Assembly: GCA_913009875.1 (NCBI GenBank)
Contig: CAJVYS010000004.1
Coordinates: 4,137-68,136, forward strand
Length of the DNA stretch: 64,000 bases
Direction: 5' to 3'
DNA from: an uncultured Gammaproteobacteria bacterium
GTDB taxonomy: Bacteria > Pseudomonadota > Gammaproteobacteria > SZUA-152
Below, one piece after another: positions 46,775-56,562 of the stretch. The first letter of the stretch is position 1, and each line of letters opens with the position of its first letter. A program made the position numbers and the translations under genes. A model generated the notes under the pieces. The model worked only from the letters and a program-made list of their open reading frames with translations, was not told where the DNA came from and searched no databases.

Positions 46775-49213
46775 ATGAAACGATTGTTATTGATATTGGC
46801 CGGACTGGGTGTCGCGGCATTGCTGACGGTGGTGCTTGGTATCTATTTCGTAGTGATGCCGAAGCTGCCGTCGGTGGACAACCTTAAAGAAGTTCAGTTT
46901 CAAGTTCCACTACGAATTTACACCCGCGACCACAAGTTGATCGCCGAGTTTGGTGAAAAGCGCCGCGCTCCGCTGGATTATGACGAGATTCCTGATCGTC
47001 TCATCAAGGCGGTGCTGGCGGCGGAAGACGACCGTTTCTTCGAGCATCCCGGCGTCGACTGGCGAGGTCTGCTGCGCGCTGCTGCCTACCTGGTCCGCAC
47101 TGGCGAGAAGGGCCAGGGTGGCAGTACGATCACTATGCAGGTGGCGCGAAATTTTTTCCTCAGCCGCGAAAAAACCTATCTGCGCAAGCTCAATGAAATC
47201 TTCCTGGCGTTGAAAATAGAGGACGAACTGAGCAAGCAAGACATTATTACGCTATATCTCAACAAGATCTACTTCGGCCATCGGGCCTATGGTGTGGCGG
47301 CCGCGGCACGGGTCTATTACGGCCTGCCTGTGGAACGCCTGAGCACGGCGCAGATCGCCATGATCGCCGGTCTGCCCAAGGCGCCGTCCACCTTCAACCC
47401 GGTGGTCAATCCGTCTCGCGCCCTGACGCGCCGAGGCTATGTGCTGGGCCGCATGCGCTTGCTGGATTACATTTCCGAGGCCGAATATCAGGTGGCCATG
47501 AGTACCCCGGACGATGCCAAGCTGCATGGCCTGTCACAGGAAGTGGTGGCGCCCTATGTGGCGGAGATGGTGCGCAGCGAGATGGTTTCTCGCTATGGCG
47601 ATGAGGCCTATTCCAGGGGCTTCCGGGTGATCACCAGCGTAGACTCGGCCATGCAGTCGGCGGCCAATGCCGCCCAGCGTGAGGCCCTGCTGGCCTATGA
47701 TTCGCGTCATGGCTACCGCGGCCCGCTGTCGCAGGCCGAGCTGGGTGAAGAGGAAACGGAAGAACAATGGGCGGAGGTGTTAAAGCCCTATAGGGAAATC
47801 AATGGCCTGCTGCCGGTGCTGGTGCTGTCGGTAGAGGGGCAGTCCGCCAGGGTCTACGAGCCGCGCCGTGGCATCTTGGCACTCGACTGGCCCGGCCTGT
47901 CGTGGGCCGCGCCGGCATTGTCGGGTGGCCGAACCGGTAAGGCGCCGGAACAGGCGGCTGATATTCTCGCCCGCGGCGACGTGATCCGCATTGCCGAACG
48001 CGGTAAAAAGGATCAATGGCACCTGGTGCAGGTGCCCAGAGTGGAGGGTGCGCTGGTGTCCGTCAGTCCGCAGGATGGAGCCATTCGCGCCCTGGTGGGT
48101 GGGTTTAATTTCAGCGCCAGCAAATTCAACCGTATTACCCAGGCCGAACGCCAGCCGGGTTCTAACTTCAAACCGTTCATCTATTCCGCCGGACTGGAAA
48201 AAGGCTTCACGCCGGCGAGTCTGATCAATGATGCCCCGGTGGTGTTCGAGGACGAAGGTCTGGAGGCCACCTGGCGGCCGGAGAACTACAGCGGCCGCGT
48301 GTTCGGCCCCACCCGTCTGCGCGAGGCGTTGGTGAAATCACGTAACCTGGTTTCCATCCGTCTGCTGCGTGCGATGGGGATTTCCTACGCCATCAATTAC
48401 GTCAGCCGCTTCGGCTTTGACAAGTCAGGTCTGCCGCGTGACCTGTCACTGGCGCTGGGCAGCGGTGCCGTGACGCCACTGGAAATCGTCACGGGTTATG
48501 CGGTGTTTGCCAATAACGGCTTCCGTGTCAAATCCTGGTTTATCGAACGCATCGAAGACCCGGATGGCGAGGTGCTGTACCAGGCGGCGCCGGCCACCGT
48601 GTGCGGCTACTGTGAGGTAACGGATGCCGCGCGTGCGGCGCAGATGGCCTTTGTCGGACCGCCCCGGCGTGATGAACAGATACCGGTCAATATTGCTCCC
48701 CGCGTGGCCACGGCGCAGAATATCTACCTGATGCGCAGCATGATGCGTGACGTGATTCAGCGTGGTACGGCACGGCGTGCGCGGGTACTGCAGCGTTCGG
48801 ACCTGGCGGGCAAGACCGGTACCACCAATGATCAGCATGACGCCTGGTTTTCGGGTTTCAGCTCGGATCTGGTGACCACGGTGTGGGTGGGTTTCGACCG
48901 TCCCCAGCCGCTGGGTAACCGGGAAACGGGTGGCCGTGCCGCACTGCCGATGTGGATTGACTACATGCGCGAGGCGCTGAAGGGCCTGCCGCCGCGGCCA
49001 CTGGAGCGTCCCCCGGGGCTGGTCACCGTGCGTATCGATCCAAAGAGCGGGCTGTTGGCGCCGGCCGGTCACCCCCAGGCCATTTTCGAAACCTTCCGTG
49101 TGGAGAATGTGCCGGCGGCGCTGGACGAAGAGACGACGGCACCGTATCGACATGGAGGCGACAGGCAGGTCCCCCGTTCCGCTGCGGATGACGTGCCGGA
49201 GGAGTTGTTTTAG
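46775..49213 (+). CDS. mrcA: Penicillin-binding protein 1A (bifunctional transglycosylase/transpeptidase)
   Basis: GT51 motifs EDxxFxxHxG and GGSTITMQ; transpeptidase SxxK; divergent from pilM. Confidence 0.9.
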   Translation: MKRLLLILAGLGVAALLTVVLGIYFVVMPKLPSVDNLKEVQFQVPLRIYTRDHKLIAEFGEKRRAPLDYDEIPDRLIKAVLAAEDDRFFEHPGVDWRGLLRAAAYLVRTGEKGQGGSTITMQVARNFFLSREKTYLRKLNEIFLALKIEDELSKQDIITLYLNKIYFGHRAYGVAAAARVYYGLPVERLSTAQIAMIAGLPKAPSTFNPVVNPSRALTRRGYVLGRMRLLDYISEAEYQVAMSTPDDAKLHGLSQEVVAPYVAEMVRSEMVSRYGDEAYSRGFRVITSVDSAMQSAANAAQREALLAYDSRHGYRGPLSQAELGEEETEEQWAEVLKPYREINGLLPVLVLSVEGQSARVYEPRRGILALDWPGLSWAAPALSGGRTGKAPEQAADILARGDVIRIAERGKKDQWHLVQVPRVEGALVSVSPQDGAIRALVGGFNFSASKFNRITQAERQPGSNFKPFIYSAGLEKGFTPASLINDAPVVFEDEGLEATWRPENYSGRVFGPTRLREALVKSRNLVSIRLLRAMGISYAINYVSRFGFDKSGLPRDLSLALGSGAVTPLEIVTGYAVFANNGFRVKSWFIERIEDPDGEVLYQAAPATVCGYCEVTDAARAAQMAFVGPPRRDEQIPVNIAPRVATAQNIYLMRSMMRDVIQRGTARRARVLQRSDLAGKTGTTNDQHDAWFSGFSSDLVTTVWVGFDRPQPLGNRETGGRAALPMWIDYMREALKGLPPRPLERPPGLVTVRIDPKSGLLAPAGHPQAIFETFRVENVPAALDEETTAPYRHGGDRQVPRSAADDVPEELF

Positions 49214-49259
49214 GCTCGAGCACTCTGTCAATATTACCTTGACGGAGTACTCGATATTT

Positions 49260-50429
49260 CTATCGCGGTTTAGGTTCCAGCTCCATGTTCAGCAGGCCGG
49301 CCCGCTGCCCCATGACGGTCGGGTCGTCCGCTTCCTCCTCCATCTTCAGGCTCGGATCCACTTCGGTCTTGCCCTCCGAGAGGCTGATCTTCAGGCGCAG
49401 GTTGTTCTGCGAATCGGCATTGCGCAGTGCCTCCTCCAAGGATATCAGGCCGTCCTTGTAGAGCTTGAACAGGGCCTGGTCGAAGGTTTGCATGCCCAGA
49501 TTGGTGGACTTCTCCATGATCTCCTTGATGGTGTGGATCTCGCCCTTGAGGATCAGATCCTGTATCAGTGGTGTACCCAGCAGCACCTCCACCGCCACCG
49601 TGCGTTTGCTGTCCACGGTGGGAATCAGGCGTTGTGAGATAAAGGCGCGCACATTGAGCGACAGATCCATCAGCAGTTGACTGCGCCGGTCATCGGGGAA
49701 GAAGTTGATAATGCGATCCAGTGCCTGATTGGCGTTGTTGGCGTGCAGGGTGGAAATGGTCAGATGGCCGGTCTCGGCAAAGGCGATGGCATGTTCCATG
49801 GTCTCGCGGTCGCGGATCTCGCCGATCAGGATCACATCGGGTGCCTGGCGCAGGGTGTTGATCAGGGCGTCTTCATAGCTGTCCGTGTCCAGTCCCACCT
49901 CGCGCTGATTGATGATGGACTTCTTGTGGTTATGAATGAACTCGATGGGGTCCTCAATGGTAATGATGTGCCCCGCGCTATTAGCATTGCGGTAGTCGAT
50001 CAGTGCCGCCAGCGAGGTGGACTTGCCCGAGCCGGTTCCGCCGACGAACAGCACCAGGCCGCGCTTCTGCATGACGATCTTTTTCAGGATCGGCGGCAGG
50101 CCCAGCTCCTCGGAACTGGGGATCTGCGTCTTGATGTGACGAATCACCATTGCCACCTGATTGCGCTGCTTGAAGATGTTGACGCGGAAGCGGCCCAGGC
50201 CCGTCTCAGAGTGGGCCAGATTCATTTCCGGCTTGATCTCGAACAGGGCGATCTGTTCTTCGCTCATCAGGCTGTAAGCCAGTTCTTTGACCTGCCCGGA
50301 GGGCTGGGTAGTCTTTTCCAGTGGTTTGAGCATGCCGTGAATCTTCGCGCTCACTGGCGCACCGACTGTGAAATAGAGGTCGGAAGCCTCATACTTCACC
50401 ATGAGTTTCAGGTAATCCAGGATCTGCAT
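49260..50429 (-). CDS. PilT/PilU-family type IV pilus retraction ATPase with acidic C-terminal extension
   Basis: Walker A GGTGSGKST, Asp box, His box; 389 aa, not adjacent to other pilT/pilU genes. Confidence 0.8.
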   Translation of the reverse strand: MQILDYLKLMVKYEASDLYFTVGAPVSAKIHGMLKPLEKTTQPSGQVKELAYSLMSEEQIALFEIKPEMNLAHSETGLGRFRVNIFKQRNQVAMVIRHIKTQIPSSEELGLPPILKKIVMQKRGLVLFVGGTGSGKSTSLAALIDYRNANSAGHIITIEDPIEFIHNHKKSIINQREVGLDTDSYEDALINTLRQAPDVILIGEIRDRETMEHAIAFAETGHLTISTLHANNANQALDRIINFFPDDRRSQLLMDLSLNVRAFISQRLIPTVDSKRTVAVEVLLGTPLIQDLILKGEIHTIKEIMEKSTNLGMQTFDQALFKLYKDGLISLEEALRNADSQNNLRLKISLSEGKTEVDPSLKMEEEADDPTVMGQRAGLLNMELEPKPR

Positions 50430-50540
50430 TTGAAAGGCCCTACGGTTAGATCTAGGTTGGATATGAGTTCACTTAGTGCCTTTCAGATATCGGTTCAGCG
50501 GGCTTATCCTTTAAGATGTGGGCAGCGGGAGGGTCAGTGA

Positions 50541-53450
50541 ATGAGCCATATCGACATTGATCCATACCTGCGCGCGATACCCGCAGCATTGCGCGATGAC
50601 CTGGCTGCGCGCTGGGCGGCCTTCGCCGATGCCGTGGACGACATGCCGTCCGTGTTGGATGATGCGCTGCTGCCTGAGCTGTGCCGTGTCTGGGCCTGTA
50701 GTGATTTTGTCGCCCAGTACTGCGTGCGTGATCCGGCGCTGTTGTTCGATCTGCTCGACAGCGGTGACCTGCACCAGGCCTATGCCGTCGACACCCTCGC
50801 CACCCGTGTGCAGGTGGCCATCGACGACGCTATCGATTTCGATGGCCTCGGCACCGCCCTGCGCCGCCTGCGCCGCCGCGAGATGCTGCGCATCGCCTGG
50901 CGAGATATCGCCGGCCATGCCGATCTCTGGCGGACCTCCACCGAGCTCTCGGCGCTGGCCGAGGCCTGCGTGCGGGGTGCCCTGGGCCGTCTGCAGGGCT
51001 GGCTGCAGACGGAATGGGGTGTGCCCACCGGCGCCGCCAGCGGCACGCCGCAGCAACTGGTGGTGCTGGGTATGGGCAAGCTGGGCGCCCACGAGCTGAA
51101 TTTCTCCTCCGACATTGACCTCATTTTCGCCTACCCCGAAAGCGGTGAAACCCGCGGTGTGCCACGCACGCGCAGCAACGAGGAATTTTTCACCCGCCTG
51201 GGTCGTGACCTGATTCGCACCCTGGACGAGAACACCGCCGAAGGCTTCGTGTTTCGCGTCGATATGCGCCTGCGTCCCTTCGGCGGCAGCGGCGCGCTGG
51301 CGCTGAACTTCGAGGCCATGGAAAACTACTACCAGGTGCACGGCCGTGACTGGGAGCGCTATGCCCTCATCAAGGCACGTCCGGTGGCCGGCCGGCCCGA
51401 AGATGGCGAACAGCTGCTGGGCCTGCTGCGTCCCTTCATCTACCGTCGTTATCTCGACTACGGCGCCTTCGCCGCCCTGCGTGAGATGAAGGCCATGGTA
51501 GCCGCCGAGGTGCAGCGCCAGGGCATGGCCGATAACGTCAAGCTGGGCGCCGGCGGCATCCGTGAAGTAGAGTTTATCGGTCAGGCCTTCCAGCTGATTC
51601 GCGGTGGTCGCGAGCCGGCCCTGCAGCAGCGTGAGATCCGCCGCGTGCTGGCATGGCTGGCCGAGCAGGACTACCTGCCGCGCTACGTGGTGGTACAACT
51701 GCTCGATGCCTACGTGTTCCTGCGCGACACCGAACACCGCCTGCAGGAATACCGTGACCAGCAGACCCATCGCCTGCCTACGGATCAGACCGCTCGCCAA
51801 CGCCTCGCTTACAGCATGGACTGCGAGACCTGGGACGACTTCATCCCCGTGCTGCGTGGCCATATGGCACGGGTGCACAGTCACTTCGAGCAGGTCTTCG
51901 AAGCGCCGCAGACCGGCGATGGCAAGGCCGCCCTGGATGCCCTGTGGCAGGGGACGCTGGACGACGTCGCTGCGCAGATGGCGCTGCGGGAGGCCGGTTT
52001 TGATGACACCGCGGCCGTGTTGCGGCAGATCACCGCATTGCGTGACAGTTCGCGCTACCGCGCCCTGCACCGTACCGGCCGTGAGCGGCTGGATCGGTTG
52101 ATGCCGCTGCTGCTGGGGGCGGCGGGGGCGCACGACGAGGCCGACGTGGTGTTGCAGCGGCTGCTGAAACTGATTGAGGCCGTGGCTCGCCGCAGCGCCT
52201 ATCTCTCCCTGTTGGTGGAGCACCCGCTGGCCCTGTCGCAGCTGGTGCGCCTGTGTGCAGCCAGCCCGTGGATTGCGGCAAGGCTGGTGCAGTACCCCCT
52301 GTTGCTGGACGAACTGCTGGATGCACGCAGCCTGTACGCGCCAGCCTCTCGCGATGAACTGGCCGCTGAGCTGCAACGCCGGCTGGACGCCGTGCCCGAC
52401 GACGACCTGGAACAGGCCATGGACACGCTGCGTCAGTTCAAGCAGGCGGCGGTGCTGTGCGTGGCCGCCGCCGATGTGATGGACGCTGTGCCGCTGATGG
52501 TGGTGAGCGACCACCTTAGCCATATCGCCGAGGTGATCCTGGAGCAGGTACTGGAACTGGCCTGGGTCGATCTGCAGCGCCGTTACGGTAAGCCCTCTGC
52601 GGCGGGCGACGCCCCCGATGAGGAAAAAGGCTTCGCCATCGTCGCCTACGGCAAGTTGGGGGGTATCGAACTGGGCTATGGCTCGGATCTGGACATGGTG
52701 TTCCTGCATGCCAGTAACGATGCTGCGCCGGTCAGCAGCGCCGTGACCGCAGGGCCGAAGGTGGTGGCGGATGCCGTGTTTTATGCCCGCCTTGGCCAGC
52801 GCATTATTCACTTTCTGACCGCCCTCACCCCGGCCGGCACACTTTACGAGGTGGACATGCGCCTGCGGCCCAGCGGCGCCTCCGGCCTGCTGGTGGTGGG
52901 CCTGCCCGGCTTCGAGGATTACCAGAAAAACAAGGCCTGGATCTGGGAGCACCAGGCCCTGGTGCGGGCGCGGGTGGTGGCGGGCGATGGAGCCGTGGCG
53001 AAGGAATTCCGCCGCGTGCGCCACGAGGTGCTGACCCGCGAGCGCGATCCGCTGCTGCTACAGAAAGAGGTACGCGAGATGCGTGAGCGTATGCGTGACA
53101 ACCTGAGCCGCGAATCCGCCGGCTGGTTCGATCTCAAACAGGGGCGCGGCGGTATCGCCGATATCGAATTTATGGTTCAATTCGGAGTTCTGCGCTGGGC
53201 GCACCAGGCTCCGGATCTGACCGACTTCACGGACAATATCCGCCTCCTGGCCGGCCTCGCCGCGCACGGCTTTTTTAATGCCCAGGAATGCCGCATCCTC
53301 AGTGACGCCTACCGCGCCTATCGTGCCGAGGTGCATCGCCTGTCGCTACAGGAACGGCCTGCGCGGGTGGATACGGCGCGCCTCAGTGGCGCGCGCGAGG
53401 CGGTGAGGGGCATTTGGCGCAAGTACCTCGAGACAGATGGCTCGAAATGA
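50541..53450 (+). CDS. glnE: Bifunctional glutamine synthetase adenylyltransferase/deadenylyltransferase
   Basis: Duplicated nucleotidyltransferase domains; 969 aa. Confidence 0.9.
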   Translation: MSHIDIDPYLRAIPAALRDDLAARWAAFADAVDDMPSVLDDALLPELCRVWACSDFVAQYCVRDPALLFDLLDSGDLHQAYAVDTLATRVQVAIDDAIDFDGLGTALRRLRRREMLRIAWRDIAGHADLWRTSTELSALAEACVRGALGRLQGWLQTEWGVPTGAASGTPQQLVVLGMGKLGAHELNFSSDIDLIFAYPESGETRGVPRTRSNEEFFTRLGRDLIRTLDENTAEGFVFRVDMRLRPFGGSGALALNFEAMENYYQVHGRDWERYALIKARPVAGRPEDGEQLLGLLRPFIYRRYLDYGAFAALREMKAMVAAEVQRQGMADNVKLGAGGIREVEFIGQAFQLIRGGREPALQQREIRRVLAWLAEQDYLPRYVVVQLLDAYVFLRDTEHRLQEYRDQQTHRLPTDQTARQRLAYSMDCETWDDFIPVLRGHMARVHSHFEQVFEAPQTGDGKAALDALWQGTLDDVAAQMALREAGFDDTAAVLRQITALRDSSRYRALHRTGRERLDRLMPLLLGAAGAHDEADVVLQRLLKLIEAVARRSAYLSLLVEHPLALSQLVRLCAASPWIAARLVQYPLLLDELLDARSLYAPASRDELAAELQRRLDAVPDDDLEQAMDTLRQFKQAAVLCVAAADVMDAVPLMVVSDHLSHIAEVILEQVLELAWVDLQRRYGKPSAAGDAPDEEKGFAIVAYGKLGGIELGYGSDLDMVFLHASNDAAPVSSAVTAGPKVVADAVFYARLGQRIIHFLTALTPAGTLYEVDMRLRPSGASGLLVVGLPGFEDYQKNKAWIWEHQALVRARVVAGDGAVAKEFRRVRHEVLTRERDPLLLQKEVREMRERMRDNLSRESAGWFDLKQGRGGIADIEFMVQFGVLRWAHQAPDLTDFTDNIRLLAGLAAHGFFNAQECRILSDAYRAYRAEVHRLSLQERPARVDTARLSGAREAVRGIWRKYLETDGSK

Positions 53451-53453
53451 TTC

Positions 53454-53599
53454 GCCACAGAGGCACGGAGGACACAGAGGGAAGAATTTTTGGCTTTCGC
53501 CAAGGCGCAGAGCCCGCAAAGAAAAGCCTTTTAATTTTTCTTTTGCGTCTTGGCGAGAAAACAAGGATCTTTTCTCTGTGTCCTCCGTGCCTCTGTGGC
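53454..53599. repeat. MITE-like element: perfect 26-bp terminal inverted repeats GCCACAGAGGCACGGAGGACACAGAG flanking a ~94-bp core
   Basis: Starts 4 bp after the glnE stop; second copy at 56400-56532, partial copy at 7275-7300. Confidence 0.5.
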
Positions 53600-53651
53600 A
53601 AAAGCTGATGGCAGTAACAACCGAATAGGGTAGAAGAGGAGTAACAGACTT

Positions 53652-54581
53652 ATGTCGATGGACGACCGCGACGGTCTCATCTGGCTGGATGGAGAAATGG
53701 TGCCCTGGCGCGAGGCCAAGGTACATGTGCTGACCCACACCCTGCACTACGGCATGGGTGTTTTTGAAGGCGTGCGCGCCTACCACACCGAGACCCGGGG
53801 CACGGCCATCTTCCGCCTGCAGGAACACACCGACCGCCTGTTCCGCTCGGCGAAGATCCTCAACATGCCCATGCCTTTCGACAAGGCAACGATCAACGAG
53901 GCCCAGCTGGCCGTGGTGCGCGAGAACAATCTCGACACCGCCTACCTGCGGCCGATGGTGTTCTACGGCTCCGAGGGCATGGGCCTGCGCGCCGACAACC
54001 TCAAGGCCCACGTCATGGTGGCCGCCTGGGAATGGGGCTCCTACCTGGGCGCCGACGGCATGGAGAAGGGCATCCGCATCAAGACCTCGTCCTTTACCCG
54101 GCACCACGTCAACGTGACCATGTGCAAGGCCAAGTCCAACGGTAACTACATCAACTCCATCATGGCCCTGCAGGAGGCCATGACCGATGGCTACGATGAG
54201 GCCCTGTTGCTGGACGTGGACGGTTTTGTCGCCGAGGGCAGCGGCGAAAACATCTTCGTGGTGCGCAACGGCGTACTCTACACCCCCGAGCTGACCTCGG
54301 CGCTGGAGGGCATCACCCGTGACACCCTCATGATCCTCGCCGACGAGCTGGGCCTGAAGGTGGTGGAGAAGCGCATCACCCGCGATGAGGTCTACGTCGC
54401 CGACGAGGCCTTCTTCACCGGCACCGCCGCCGAGGTGACGCCGATCCGCGAACTGGACAACCGCTCCATCGGCAATGGTGGTCGCGGCCCCATCACCAAG
54501 GAATTGCAGACGCTCTACTTCGACGTGGTGCACGGCCGTCACGGCCAGCACCAGGAATGGCTGGCGGCGGTTGGTAAATAG
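53652..54581 (+). CDS. ilvE: Branched-chain amino acid aminotransferase
   Basis: 309 aa, class IV PLP enzyme; WLDGEMVPWREAKVHVLTHTLHYG. Confidence 0.9.
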   Translation: MSMDDRDGLIWLDGEMVPWREAKVHVLTHTLHYGMGVFEGVRAYHTETRGTAIFRLQEHTDRLFRSAKILNMPMPFDKATINEAQLAVVRENNLDTAYLRPMVFYGSEGMGLRADNLKAHVMVAAWEWGSYLGADGMEKGIRIKTSSFTRHHVNVTMCKAKSNGNYINSIMALQEAMTDGYDEALLLDVDGFVAEGSGENIFVVRNGVLYTPELTSALEGITRDTLMILADELGLKVVEKRITRDEVYVADEAFFTGTAAEVTPIRELDNRSIGNGGRGPITKELQTLYFDVVHGRHGQHQEWLAAVGK

Positions 54582-54593
54582 CTGACGGTAGAA

Positions 54594-54678
54594 TGTAGGT
54601 TGGGGTGAGGCACGAACCCCAACAGTACAGGCTTCGTCCACCCTCGCTGTTGGGGTTCGTGCCTCACCCCAACCTACA
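54594..54678. repeat. REP-like palindrome, second family (TGTAGGTTGGGGTGAGGCACGAACCCCAAC ... inverted partner)
   Basis: Inverted pair, homologous to 31123-31200. Confidence 0.5.
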
Positions 54679-54697
54679 ACAAAACAGAGAGACGACT

Positions 54698-54898
54698 ATG
54701 TCACAAGCCCAGCAGACCATCGAGCCCAACGCGCAACACCGCTACGAGATCACCCACGCGGACCTGCCTCTGCACTGTCCCATGGACGGTATGAGCCTGT
54801 GGAACTCACACCCGCGCGTGTTCCTGCCCATTGAACGGACCGGCGGCAAGGCCAAGTGCCCGTACTGCGGCGCGGAATACGTGCTGAAGGACGACTGA
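54698..54898 (+). CDS. Small zinc-ribbon protein (66 aa)
   Basis: CPMDG...CPYCGAEY Cys4 pattern. Confidence 0.55.
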   Translation: MSQAQQTIEPNAQHRYEITHADLPLHCPMDGMSLWNSHPRVFLPIERTGGKAKCPYCGAEYVLKDD

Positions 54899-54899
54899 G

Positions 54900-55460
54900 G
54901 TGTCCATCGACGTGCCGGCCGCCATCGCGGCGCACCGCGAGGCCATCGACTTCGTCGCCGGGCTGGAGAGCGAGTTGCGCGATGTCGCGCAGCGGATCGA
55001 GGCCACCTTCGCGCAGGGCGGCACGGTCTTTGTGTGCGGCAACGGCGGCTCCGCCTCCGACGCCCAGCACTTCGCCGCCGAGCTCACCGGGCGCTATTCC
55101 ATGGATCGCCCCGGCTACCCGGCGGTAGCGCTGACCACCGATGCCTCGGCGCTCACCTCCATCGGCAACGACTACGGCTTCGAGCAGGTGTTCTCGCGTC
55201 AGCTGCAGGCCCTGTCACGCCCCGGCGACCTGCTCATCGCCATCAGCACCTCCGGCAACTCCGCCAACGTGCTGCGCGCGGTGGATTATGCTCGTGACAA
55301 TGGCATCTGCACCGTCGGCCTGCTGGGCCGCGACGGCGGCCGCCTGGCGCAACGGGTGGACACGGCGCTGACCATTGGCGTCAACGCCACCGCCCGCATT
55401 CAGGAGGCGCATATTCTCATGTTGCACCTGCTGTGCGAGGCGTTTGAGTACAAGCACTGA
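54900..55460 (+). CDS. gmhA: Phosphoheptose isomerase (SIS domain)
   Basis: GTVFVCGNGGSASDAQHFAAEL...; GTG start immediately after the previous stop. Confidence 0.85.
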   Translation: MSIDVPAAIAAHREAIDFVAGLESELRDVAQRIEATFAQGGTVFVCGNGGSASDAQHFAAELTGRYSMDRPGYPAVALTTDASALTSIGNDYGFEQVFSRQLQALSRPGDLLIAISTSGNSANVLRAVDYARDNGICTVGLLGRDGGRLAQRVDTALTIGVNATARIQEAHILMLHLLCEAFEYKH

Positions 55461-55532
55461 ATCCTGGCATTCCTGCATTCTCGGTAGGTAAGCGGGCTAT
55501 GTCCGCGATAATTGCGGGGAATACAGTCAACC

Positions 55533-55641
55533 TGTGGGAGCGGCTTTAGCCGCGAATGACCGCAGGTTCTCTTCGCGGCTAAAGCCGCTCCCACAGGGTC
55601 GACAGTCTTACCAAACCATCGCGGGCATGGCCCGCTCCTAC
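55533..55641. repeat. REP cluster (CTGTGGGAGCGGCTTTAGCCGCGAA ... inverted partner, then GCGGGCATGGCCCGCTCCTAC)
   Basis: Both REP types together. Confidence 0.5.
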
Positions 55642-55651
55642 CCGTCAGCGC

Positions 55652-56311
55652 TCACTCCGGGTCGAAGCGATAACCCAGTGTATCTATATCAGCCTTGAAG
55701 TGGACCGCCACCCGCTCGGCGGTTTCGTCGTCGTAATAGCTGCGGAAATCCTTGCGTTCCTTAGCCTGGCGTTTGTGCGGTAGTTGTCGCGGCGCGATGC
55801 CGATGCGTCGGCAGACCTCGTCGAAGTCCCCCTGCAGATTTTCATACTTGCCGATGAGATCCGTGATGATGTTGCCGTGCAAGTCGATGAGGTAGTCCGA
55901 CTGCAACTGGATGGAGGTGTCCACGTGGTATTGGTAGGGCCGTTCCGGGTCCAGCTTCCAGCGGATGAACTGGCGGAAGTCCTCGATGTGCGCCATCACC
56001 TGCGGGCGCTCGCGGCGGATGTGGTGATAAGAGCTCACCTGCAGATCCCAGGGATTGCGCACGAAGGCGAACTTGAACAGGCCGTCGAAGAATTCCACCG
56101 GCAGCATCTCCTTGGCGGCGATGATCTTGGCATGGCGCGGGAATTTGGCGCCGATGCGGTGACCGCTGAGGTGGCTCAGCTTGCTGCAGATGAACTGCGG
56201 CAGGTAGGCGGGATCACGCCAGCGCAGGTCCTCGAGGGCGGCGCGCACGCTGGTGCCGCCGGTCTTGGCGATGTGCACGAAGAGAAAGTTGTACTTGCGT
56301 GAGAGCAGCAT
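55652..56311 (-). CDS. Sulfotransferase-family protein (Sulfotransfer_2-like)
   Basis: MLLSRKYNFLFVHIAKTGGTS PAPS-binding 5'-PSB-like motif; the ORF upstream of the Met is read-through across a MITE. Confidence 0.65.
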   Translation of the reverse strand: MLLSRKYNFLFVHIAKTGGTSVRAALEDLRWRDPAYLPQFICSKLSHLSGHRIGAKFPRHAKIIAAKEMLPVEFFDGLFKFAFVRNPWDLQVSSYHHIRRERPQVMAHIEDFRQFIRWKLDPERPYQYHVDTSIQLQSDYLIDLHGNIITDLIGKYENLQGDFDEVCRRIGIAPRQLPHKRQAKERKDFRSYYDDETAERVAVHFKADIDTLGYRFDPE

Positions 56312-56399
56312 GGCGGAACGGGTCTGGGTGAAAGGAGTGGGATTATACGTGGCCGGCCGTTTTGTTTCCCCTTCAGAATTCGGGGGGCGACGGGAGTCC

Positions 56400-56532
56400 G
56401 CCACAGAGGCGCGGAGAGCACAGAGAAGGACGGGGGATGCGGCTCGGTGGTACTGGCGATCATCAAGAATACTTATTACGGAGAAATGAGAGTAAAAGAA
56501 TTTTTTCTCTGTGTTCTCCGTGCCTCTGTGGC
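56400..56532. repeat. MITE-like element, second copy (TIR GCCACAGAGGCGCGGAGAGCACAGAG ... CTCTGTGTTCTCCGTGCCTCTGTGGC)
   Basis: TIRs ~90% identical to the 53454 copy; internal core unrelated. Confidence 0.5.
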
Positions 56533-56562
56533 GAATAAGGTTTTGTCGTGAGCGGGTTGTTC

